A stretch of 64,000 nucleotides of DNA from Octopus bimaculoides. Taxonomy: Eukaryota. The position numbers and the translations under genes are program-made. Where the stretch lies: contig NC_068983.1 in the NCBI RefSeq assembly GCF_001194135.2, positions 17,807,643-17,871,642 of the forward strand. The letters are read 5' to 3'. The notes beneath the pieces were generated by a model. It had not been told where the DNA came from, ran no database searches, and saw only the letters and a program-made list of their open reading frames with translations. Of the stretch, positions 12,002-23,344 are shown one piece after another. Positions within the stretch are counted from its first letter, which is position 1; every line of letters begins with the position of its first letter.

Positions 12002-13084
12002 AAGAATTTGTCTTTGAAAACGAGGCACAATCTCAACCTATATTTCCTTTAATTAATGAGGAAGCATTATTAAATCCTTCCTATATGGAGAAAAAATCTG
12101 AAGAGAGAAGACATTGGTGGTAGAAAGCCACTTTAAAAAGCAATAAAGACGTAAGAGGTGCGTCTTACTCGTAGAAAAACTTCAAAAGATGAGCGGATGA
12201 ACGAGAATTGTTAGGAAGATGATTTTGCAAACAGAACCGAAAAACGTAAAAATACCCGACATTCCTATACTCCCAAACGTTACAGAGCTGTCGGTAGTGG
12301 TGGAGGGTAGAAAAAACTTGTGCGCAGTATCACCACACATCTAACAGTTTTCCACCACAAAACTGGCCGGCAGATGGCAAAATTGCGCACTTTTTCATTC
12401 CACAGCCAAGAACATCAAAAAGAGGAAAACCAATATCAATATAAACCCCACAAAGCCTCATGGAATAGCGAAGCAGAATAAACATAATGGACAAGAAGAA
12501 GAGGTGTAGTAGTTTAAACTACGCCCAAAGAAGCATCAGCAACAACAATAAGAAGTTGAAAGTCGGAAGCGAGGTGCTTAACTCAATTGAATTTATTGAC
12601 AGATGGGCGAAAGAGGCGAAAATAGAAAAAGTGTATGTTTGATCTAAGTATGAAGCTGTAAATCTGAAAACGCTGGTAGTAGAAAGTGCAGATGTTGGAT
12701 ATGTGGACTTCCTCATATAGTTCTATATGGAGGCCCTCCAGTGTCAGGCGCACTGCAACATCATCTTTCGTTATTTGTATACCATCAACACTTCTATTTC
12801 ATGTCTTCTTTGCCTCATTAAATTTGCCTTTTGCAAAATCCCTATACTTTACATATCACCTGTATCTGTTGGCAAATAGAAAAAAACCGTTATGAAAATC
12901 CATCCTCCTCCTCCTCATCATCGGGCATTAAGAGAATCTTGAGAGAGCACATAAAATGCTTTACAATAATTTTTCCGTTTCTTTACGCTCTGTTTCCAAA
13001 TCCCACCGAAGTAAATTTTGCCTTTCAGCTCTACGAAGCTGATAAAATAAAGTAACATTCAAGTACTGAAATGAAAATAAGCTA

Positions 13085-14700
13085 TTGGGAAGTGCGTTAG
13101 TACACTGCCTTCCTTATAAGAGCTGGTTGCAAACACGAATAATCCTCAGTAGGTATATCCATGACAACTTTCATTTCATGAGATACATCTTGAGAAATAA
13201 ACCTGACTTCGGCCGGCGTTCTGATCAAATTGGAAAAGCTGAAAGCTTTTGGTTACGTCAACCATCGTTACTTGGCAGCTGTCCTCAAATAATAATTTCA
13301 GTTCACTTTCAGAGCGGCAACTACACAGTAGTCGCCATAAATGGCCATATATCGGGACCGTTTCGAGACGCGCGCATGGAACGGTATGCGTGTACAGATT
13401 CTCTTGACTGCTGCAAGATCTGGAGTTGTTGATCAGCATCCTATTCGAACTTGGTTGTAGACGTTCAGTATCGACATATGCGGACGATATCGTTGTTAAT
13501 TGAATAGGAGACCTAACAGATGGTTTTGACTGGAATGTAAAGAGTGACTGGAGTAAATTTGAATCCCATCATATCGATGATCTTGCGACTCCTCGTCAGG
13601 GCAGGTCGGTCCATGTCATCGGACTGTGTGACGGGAACGCTAGAGAAACGGGAAATCTGTTTGGTATTAATCTCCAGGATCCGAAGCAAGATTGCAATAA
13701 AAATGAATAATGCTATATACAAAAAATATTAGGTGAAGCTATCCTTGAAACATCGGGTTGAGATGATGAACGCTTCTATCACCTCCAGTAAGTATTGATG
13801 CCAGACTATCGTGCTTTGCTTTAGGTTTCACCTGACTACATTCGTTTCTTGTAAAAGTAACATCCCCGGAAAGAACGGTTCAGTAGGTCGTGGCTATTGA
13901 TGCGTAGACATACCCTGAAACTGTAACATTAACAAAGATTCCTTGACAGTAAAGAGGCTTGGTCGTCTCATTCAAGAACATCTTTCCACAACCTTGAAAG
14001 AGCTGAAGTCCTGGTCAATCAAAAAGCAAATAATGAGCGTCTATCATCCGGAATGTTGTCTGACGCTAACAGCCCTTTAACTATTGGGCATTATGGTTGG
14101 TGTACCTTCCATATTGGCATTCTATAGAGAACTGGTCGTAGGGAAAAGAGCGACGATATTTCCAACGACGTTCGCGTTGAATCAACTAGGTTCTCTATTC
14201 TGAAGAAGTGTCGGCCCAGAAACTATGAATTATTTCTATAGATCCCTGTGATACCGGTAGTATTGCCACTTCAAGTGTAACTTTTACAGGCATGTAAGTG
14301 CCGTCAGCTGGGTCGGTCTGCGACGAGCACAGATTGAAGAAACCTTTCTATGCACATGCATTCTATGTCCAAATATTTGTTCCCTTAAGTAGAAGGTATC
14401 CGGCTATTGGTCAAGTTCTTTATGAAGATCGTTCCACTACTTTCTTCATCCGGAAAGATCAGGCAGTTTTCCTCTGTCTGGCATTTATGGCAAAATATGT
14501 TGTGTGATAGCCTGAAGGCAGACCCTTTTCTCTTTGGTGAAGCACTTATCATTCATCAAGATAGAAGAATGAAAATTTATGCAGTTTTCCATACATTGTC
14601 TCTAATCTAGAACCTCTCAATCACTTGAACACATGATTTAGAGTCCTTCCTACACTCGATCACATCCAGATTTCCGACCTTAGACTGGCTTATGAGCTGT
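13085..14700 (+). mobile_element. decayed L1/Tx1-clade ORF2 (RT and C-terminal region)
   Basis: Broken frames give IHDNFHFMRYI, KAFGYVNHRYLAAVLK, VSTYADDIVV, WLLMRRHTLKL, AVFLCLAFMAKYVV; homologous to 28881-29740. Confidence 0.8.
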
Positions 14701-15229
14701 TCTAGTTTTTTTTCAGCCTTGAAGGTCTTGAGAAAAGGTAATAGGCACTTTCCTACACATTTAGACTAAGTTGTACACAAAACTATATTACTCTGGCATG
14801 TTATAGTTGATCTACTTTATTTAGTATCGGTACTAATGTATATCCATCTAATATCTCCAATATCTGTAACTATTATATGTTATTAACTACTTATGGATAA
14901 TGAAGCAATGTTATGATGTGGTTTGTTTCCCTGCTTTCTTGATATCTTCAGGCTGCTGTTTACAAACATTTATCTTCACGATAACACTTCTCTTCCTCTA
15001 GTAAAATGCTGTATCTTTTCAGTTGAACAACCAGCCTGTAATAAATTATAGATCTGCATGTTGTTAGTTATATCCTGCATTTCTTTTAAGTATAACATAC
15101 ATATAAGTATAAAGTCCGTCAAAGAGTAAGAAAAGCTTTCACAGACGAACTAGCCAGAGTTGGATAAGCTCCATCAGGTTATCTGCACCTGCCCTTTGAA
15201 TTATATTATGATGGCGCAGAATAATGCAG

Positions 15230-18000
15230 ATAGTATACCGTACCTGTTTGGGCCGGTATGAATTGAATTGTATCATCCACTGCGGAAAATACCTTTACTT
15301 TTGGAACTTGGAAATTATATATCTTTTGTCAGTGTGAAAAAGTGCAGCAACTAACTTATGAGATGGAGAGATATTCTTGGAATATTGTAAGGATTGTTAA
15401 GACCAGTTGGGCAAAATGTGGAGAATTTATGACAGAAGATAAATATAAAATATAGTTTAACGGCCTGGGAAGCAAACATAAAATCTGTGGGTTTCATGCT
15501 GCATAAAAAATAAATGCCTCAAAGTTAGTAATACTTTACATCGGGATTTCCTGCAGAATGTGCAACAATACGACAGACGGTAAAACACAGTATTTTAATG
15601 ATCAAAATTTATGTTCCTACAAGCGATTACGATGATGAAGAAATTCTATCAAGATACAGAAAAAATATATATAATTGGTAAAAATAGTATGTTTCAAGTT
15701 AATGGGGATGCAAAATTTGGATTAGATGTTCAAGATATTTGGAAAAGAACCTGTTTGTAACTATAACTTGGAAAATAATGGTATGGAAGTGAGATGATTA
15801 GAAAATGTAGAAGAACACAAACTAATTATAGGAAATATATATCAGCACAACCGTCATGAACAATAACATAGCTTCCTCAGAGCGTTATATAATAATCATA
15901 TCGACTTTATTCGCTTCAGAAGAGATCTGTCTATTATAAATGAAATAGAGAAACGTTTTTTCTTTTGCAATTGTAAATACAGGCAGTGATCACAAAGCTT
16001 TAGTCACGTCTTACACCAAGTAGGGATAAAATATTACTTTGGAAACTTTAAAGGACTCAGCGTAGTTGTTTAATTTAAGGCGCGGATAAGAGAAACATTC
16101 GCACCTTTGATATACATAATTTGATGGAAATAATCAAAGAATTATCAGTTTCATTTGATGACCTGATACATCAAAAATCGTTATGACTCATGATAGAAGG
16201 AATAAAATTAAGAAGCCTTGGATAAATGGTTTTTAATCAGATGTAATAACAAAAGAGATCTGGAAGAGAAACAATATGGAAACGAGGCAACAGAAATGGA
16301 ATATATATTAGTAAAAAGGAAAATAGTAGCAAAAAGTATATAACACAATAAGATACAATGTGTTACGAAAAAGGTAGCCAAATAAAAGCTCATAATAAGG
16401 AAAGTGTCTCAAAATAAGTGTTCTAAATGGTTAAAGATCTCACGAGAAACTGTATATCTAAGTGACAGATTATTTCAGCTAATCATTGTAAAACATTAAC
16501 CAAAGAAAATGACGTTTCTCATAGACGGAGAGAATATTATCATGTACTTTATTGTGACGAAGCAGGAGTAGATAGCACGTTTTAAAGCAATCCAGAAGGA
16601 AATTTACCTTTAATACACAGCAAAACCTAGGAATCACTTCAAAAATTACTTAGGCAAATAAAGGAATAAAATGTTATAAATTCCTTGCAAGACACATGGA
16701 TGAAGAAGAGATAACACTAAAGCAAATAGTGAATATATCCCCGAGAGTGCTTGCCAGAATTGCATAGTCCAATAAATAAATTGACAGAATTCTTTGTTAT
16801 ATCACTGCCAACGAAGTGAAGGACCAAAACACAGGTGTTGAAACAACTGTACACTTAATTTAATTTACAATCCAGGAAATTGTTTGTTAATGTGATTTGC
16901 TTCCTTGAATGTTACAAATAATACAAATAATAGAGAAACACAGGAGGCTGTTTTGCAAGAACGGAAAAACATCGGCGAGAGAATGTGTAGTAAAATATCC
17001 TAATAGAAAAATTAGAACAACATTTAGACCTCTACAAGAAGTGCATAGACTTTTGACCATGTGCAGTATGTGACACTGTAATTTGTTGTGAGACCATATA
17101 CCACCATCCTACTTATAACAAATGATATTAAATCTTTACATGCAAAAAGGAAATAGTTTCGTGCGAAGCTAGAGTATGTTCTTTCACCAAGCCTTTTCAA
17201 TATATCACTATAATGCACACGGACGGAAGTCAGATCGTCTTTGAAAGGAAATATTAAAATGAGCAGAAAAGTCAGTAATCTCCGTTTTGTTAAGGATAAT
17301 GATTTAATAAGACACAATGAGAAAGAATCTGTAGATCTTACAATAGTCATCATACATCTGCATAATATGAAACGACAGTAATTATTCATAAATGCAGAAA
17401 AATGGTAACTAGTAAGAACAAAAAGAGGATCAATCCAATTGAGATATCTGCTTAATCATGATGAATTTAAATATTTCGGAAGAATAGTAATAGAAGATGA
17501 GATCAAAGAAAGAAATAAAATGCCGGATTGCAGCTTCTACAGCGATTTTAATAAAATTAAAACCTGTCTGGAAAAGGTGGTAAGACTAAAATACAAGAAT
17601 TCATTGAAGGATAATGGTAATTTTAACTACACTTTACGGGTATGAATTGCTGATGTTGCTTGAGGAAAGTGAGAAAAATATTATGGCGTTCGATATTTTA
17701 TACACAGATATTTCGCATTCTGAATGCAGAACATCAAACTAACAAGTGTTAAAAGAAAATCTTTGGATAAACTGTAAACTATAAAGCTATATTGTAAATT
17801 GCCAACAGATGGAAACAGATGGAAAATTAAGTTGTTCGTGTTACAATTCTGTTACACTACTAACAGTAGTAGGTTTGATCAAACAAGAACAATCCCTCGC
17901 TAAAAAGGAATAGGAAAACTGAATGGTTGATTCAGCAACATGAAGGAATGAACAGAGAGAACGATGGTGGAAAATTTGAGGTTTGTTGAAATCTGGATAG
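15230..18000 (+). mobile_element. decayed RTE-clade LINE (APE endonuclease plus RT)
   Basis: Remnants TYEMERYSWNIV, IYVPTSDYDDEE, NHIDFI, then RT-like SPSLFNI and KVSNLRFVKD (cf. NLRFADD); many stops. Confidence 0.7.
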
Positions 18001-18904
18001 CATAGAAGGGAGTCTTGTCTTTATTTTAGATCTTACAACAGTCATTTTCAATTACAGGTCACTCTTTATTATGTCACTAATCGAATTATTCTTGATTTGC
18101 TGACTCCGGTCAGCTTTTATTTATTCAAATCAAAACATGTTTTAACTCTTTAATCCAACATCTATTGTCTAATGCAACGTTTTCTGACAATCCATGTAAT
18201 GCATTTTTCTACTTCAACATCTCATATTTGTGCACCGTCGATATTCACCTCTGCGTAAAAGGCTTTTGGACTGATTCTGGTAGATAGCGTTCTACTTGGG
18301 TATATAAGTTTCAACATACTTATCCTAATACGTTTCTCTTGTTTTTTAACTGTCAAATGCTCCATGATTGCTATAATGACGTTTTCTGTCGCCCTCCTTT
18401 CTTCGTATATACAGTTTATCAACATGGTGCATTATTAGTGACATTCTCATTCTATCATATCACATTCTATATATTATGCCAAGAAGGATTGTTGATCTAT
18501 TTAAGAATATTCTTACCATTGCGATTCGTTTTCACGATCTTCCTAGACATTTTCTCATTTTCTTCTCTACCCTTACCTCTCACTTCTTCATGATACGATT
18601 CTTCATCTGTCGCAGTACCCTGCACACTTATATCTCGGTAGTTTAGTGTTCTGATACCGGTTCTATTTACTTGGATTATGTTACTCATTTGAAAAGGTAC
18701 GTACTAAATTATTATAACTTTTTCCTCCTCTCCTCTGAGACTTGATGTATGCTAGGTCATATAATTCATGTCTCAACTTGGAAGTTTTGTGGTATTTGTT
18801 CCGATTCCTTATATTCAGAGTTCCGATGCCAGTTTTGTCCTTAACCTTCCGAAGTCGATAAAATATATACCAGAAAGAATTCGATGTAATAGGTTCAGAA
18901 CACT

Positions 18905-19070
18905 CCATAACTACCACCGCCACCACTGCCATAGCTGCATTCACCAATTCTGCCACTGCCAATGTCAGCACCACTAATGTCACCACCGCTAATGCCGCCT
19001 TCGCCAATACCGCCACCTCCAATACCATCACCACCAATGCCGACAAGGCCACCACCACCGCCACCACTAG
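18905..19070. repeat. degenerate (CCA/GCC)n trinucleotide tract
   Basis: Repeated CCACCA/GCCACC/AATGCC units; explains Val/Ala-rich ORF 18681-19112. Confidence 0.8.
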
Positions 19071-20558
19071 TAGTTTAATCTTGCAATATATAGAAAATAC
19101 AGTGTCATGCAATCATAAACTACTGCCATGCTTGGCAAACGAGTACCCACTACTGAAGACATCCAACAAGATCGAAATCACATGGTCTGATGGTCTCAAA
19201 TTTAGGATGGCATGAGTTATCTCCCGCTTGCAATAAACATCAAGTGCATAAAACAAACTAAATAAACCAGCTGGAGGAGATGTCTTCCTGGAGTTAAATT
19301 TGCAGTATCATCGTCTCTTACAGAACACCCACGTTGAAACGGAGAACAAAATGACATTTTCGTTTGTATACAGCTTCTATCTTGAACAGAGATTTTCTAA
19401 AGGATTACTTTCCATATTAATGCACATATATACATATCTATATTCTCACATAAATATACATAAACACATCACATATATATATATATATATATATATAATC
19501 CTTATTATTGTTGTTGCTACACACACACATACGCATGTACACACATATGCATTAATGTATTGCCATATTAACATTGAGCAGCCAGCGATGCCTGAAACTG
19601 GTAACAAGTGTATAACTGTGATATAGGTTTATGTGGATAATGTGTATATATGTAATTTATAATGCATAGAAAATATAAATCACAGTTGAACATGTGTATG
19701 TCCTTGTATTAATTCATATATACATGCATATATGCGTACCTGCATACATAAATGCATACATACACGCGTGTACGCAAACTCACAATGTTCTTATGAAGAA
19801 TATATGCATGCAAACATGAAGGTATGTATGTGTATTTGCAAATTTCTGAATATGTAGAGAGAGTGAGTTGGGGCGAAAGAAGCGAACAGAATGAATCTTT
19901 ATATATGATATATTTGCATGCGTGTGTGTATATGTGTGTGCGCGTGAATATTTGAAATAAAGAGAAGGCAGCAGCTGAGGAGAGACAGAAAGAGAGGTGA
20001 GCGAGGCAATAATGTAAGGTGTACCATGTAAACCGTGTTCAATTATGTTTTAATCATAGAGCAATCTCGGAATAGATCGTGTTACTAATGTCATTTCAAC
20101 ATGAACCGGAGAACAATACCCCAGAGAGTTGCTCAGAACTCATTGCAAACCTAACATAGGGCCTAAAATTTCTCCACAAACATAGATGATTAAATAGATC
20201 GTGTTCAATATATCGTAAGCTAATGGATTGGATTTCTTTCACGATCGAGGTGTCATAAAGAAAGCAAATTAATAGGCTGACCTGCAATGGTATTATATGT
20301 GACCTGAGACAAATATAACGGAACTATTAATCTTTTCAAGTGTATAGATGATAATGTTGTCCTTAACAGCATTCAGTAAAAATCGCTTCTAGCTTTGCAT
20401 GAATTTGTCATTTGTTTCAGTCGACGATGATTTCTGAAACATACTCCAGCATTTGATTATATAAAACCCTTGAGCTTTTGTTTGTAATTTGATTTATGGT
20501 ATGTTGACAGAGTTGCCATGCTGCTACACACAACCCCATATATAAAGGCAGTGTGCGC

Positions 20559-20609
<51 letters not shown>

Positions 20610-20669
20610 TATATATATGTATACATACGTATATGTGGATATATAGAGGCACACACATTTACATGTATG

Positions 20670-20706
<37 letters not shown>

Positions 20707-20739
20707 AATATATGAGCAAATGCATATATATATACATGT

Positions 20740-21066
20740 ATGTATATACGTTCATCTGCATGTACATATAGATACATAACTGGGTACATGACGTAGCAAA
20801 AGAACAAGGACAAAATGGTAAACAAGGTGCAACAAACAAGCAGGCCACATAGAAACATCCCCTTCATCAGCTGCCACCATTAAAACTCCGGCGTTTCGAA
20901 GAATTAAGGCAGTACGCATCGTTAAAATGGTTCTTCCCACGAACACAAATTAAATTGTTTTCGTGGACGGTAGTGGCGGACGGAAAACAAGACAGGAAAA
21001 CGAAACGGTGAAATAAACAAACAAAAAGGCTGTACAGCCAGACGTGAAGTGTGTATGTCTTGAACT
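20740..21066 (-). mobile_element. non-coding repeat carrying a permuted hammerhead (PLE/retrozyme-like)
   Basis: Downstream T-rich segment ending GTCATGTACCCA..TATGTA resembles ends of the 10422 and 22860 copies; 5' part lost in N gap. Confidence 0.6.
20858..20917 (-). ncRNA. candidate hammerhead ribozyme, non-circularly permuted
   Basis: GCGU-A-CUGCC uuaau UCUUC-GAAA-CGC (15 nt) GGCAG-CUGAUGA-A-GGGGA; all core residues present, stems I (5 bp), II (5 bp, 2 GU) and III (4 bp) pair. Confidence 0.7.
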
Positions 21067-22458
21067 NNNNNNNNNNNNNNNNNNNNNNNNNNNNNNNNNN
21101 NNNNNNNNNNNNNNNNNNNNNNNNNNNNNNNNNNNNNNNNNNNNNNNNNNNNNNNNNNNNNNNNNNNNNNNNNNNNNNNNNNNNNNNNNNNNNNNNNNNN
21201 NNNNNNNNNNNNNNNNNNNNNNNNNNNNNNNNNNNNNNNNNNNNNNNNNNNNNNNNNNNNNNNNNNNNNNNNNNNNNNNNNNNNNNNNNNNNNNNNNNNN
21301 NNNNNNNNNNNNNNNNNNNNNNNNNNNNNNNNNNNNNNNNNNNNNNNNNNNNNNNNNNNNNNNNNNNNNNNNNNNNNNNNNNNNNNNNNNNNNNNNNNNN
21401 NNNNNNNNNNNNNNNNNNNNNNNNNNNNNNNNNNNNNNNNNNNNNNNNNNNNNNNNNNNNNNNNNNNNNNNNNNNNNNNNNNNNNNNNNNNNNNNNNNNN
21501 NNNNNNNNNNNNNNNNNNNNNNNNNNNNNNNNNNNNNNNNNNNNNNNNNNNNNNNNNNNNNNNNNNNNNNNNNNNNNNNNNNNNNNNNNNNNNNNNNNNN
21601 NNNNNNNNNNNNNNNNNNNNNNNNNNNNNNNNNNNNNNTATATTTATATAGATATAACTGCAGCTCCGTATTTGTTTTCTGCAAATACGCACACACATGC
21701 ATATACATATACGCATATATATATATATATATAGTGTGTGTGTGTGTGTGCGTGTGTGCGCGTGTGTGTGTGTGTGTGCGTGTGTGTGGATATGTGTGTG
21801 TGTGTGATTGGTGTGTGACAATGAAACATGCAGAAAGGAACAGAAAAGTTATTGCATATATCAGGCAGTGGAAAAGGATCTTCCATAATGAGGAAAGATC
21901 CAGGACTGACGACAGGTGCTGCTTAATTTGTTACTTTGTATTTATGCGTTCAAATCTGAAAAATATTTTCCACTCTCATTGTACATTCATACAGTTGATT
22001 ATTGCTATTCTTATAGGGCTAAAAATACATGGTCCTGATGCCGAGGATCAAACAAAATGTTTTGTGCGTCGGGGAAATGAAGTATGGTATTCGAACTCTG
22101 AGTTCAAATTCTGTTGAGGACATACTTTCAACGCCTCTTTCCCAGGGTCGAAGAATTAAAGTGCCAAATTTGAAATGAAGTAATGAGATCATTGTTATCA
22201 CTCACAGTATGAATTCCAACTTCAGCTGCGCTGCACTTTGAAGGAAGGGTGAAAGATAGTTCACAATGTACCTTTAGTTCAAGACCAAACATTTTTTTTT
22301 ATCGAAATAGAAGAATGCAGTGACAAGGCTCGGGCAGAATATATAGTATGATGGTAGTGATACGAAGTTAAGTAAAATCTTGACCTCATTTCCTGATACA
22401 CACGCACACAAACATACACATACACACGCATATATGTATATAAACACACACACACACA

Positions 22459-22510
<52 letters not shown>

Positions 22511-22859
22511 NNNNNNNNNNNNNNNNNNNNNNNNNNNNNNNNNNNNNNNNNNNNNNNNNNNNNNNNNNNNNNNNNNNNNNNNNNNNNNNNNNNNNNNNNN
22601 NNNNNNNNNNNNNNNNNNNNNNNNNNNNNNNNNNNNNNNNNNNNNNNNNNNNNNNNNNNNNNNNNNNNNNNNNNNNNNNNNNNNNNNNNNNNNNNNNNNN
22701 NNNNNNNNNNNNNNNNNNNNNNNNNNNNNNNNNNNNNNNNNNNNNNNNNNNNNNNNNNNNNNNNNNNNNNNNNNNNNNNNNNNNNNNNNNNNNNNNNNNN
22801 NTATACATATATAACATAAATAATGTATAATTATATGCATATATCCATATATATATGTA

Positions 22860-23065
22860 TATACCGACATCTATATGTATACATGCAAGCATATATGGTT
22901 ACAGGACATCACAAAAAACGTTAAACACAATGAGAAACGAAAGCATAAAGACGGAAACAGTAAACGAACTTTTTTTCGGACAACGAAAAAAACAGAGAAA
23001 CGAGACATGCAACATAAAGAATATTACCCTTCTTCAGTTGTCCTTGCTCCATCTACTCCGCGTAT
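22860..23065 (-). mobile_element. second copy of hammerhead-associated repeat with CUGAAGA core, 5'-truncated
   Basis: ACGC-GGAGT..GACAA-CTGAAGA-AGGG parallels 20894-20858; GAAA and NUH strands missing. Confidence 0.7.
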
Positions 23066-23253
23066 ATATGCATACACAGAAAACACTCATATGCTCATAT
23101 ATATGTAATCTATTTAGTAGATATAGGAATAGGGAGCAAGCTGTTTCTCAGAAGATTGAAAAAAACGTAATAAACAACCTTAATCGAGTTTTCGAAACTT
23201 ATAGAACTCTCATCAGATTTGTTTACATCAGCTTGATTAATCCCCTCTCTCTC

Positions 23254-23301
<48 letters not shown>

Positions 23302-23344
23302 ATGCGTGTGTTTGAGTGTGTATGTGTGTGTTTTCGTATGTGTT

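Noticed and set aside
22206-22271. Possible 66-nt minus-strand exon (YIVNYLSPFLQSAAQLKLEFI) with GTGAGT donor
   Set aside because: Weak acceptor with no polypyrimidine tract, no recognisable protein and no partner exon; RNA-seq would decide.
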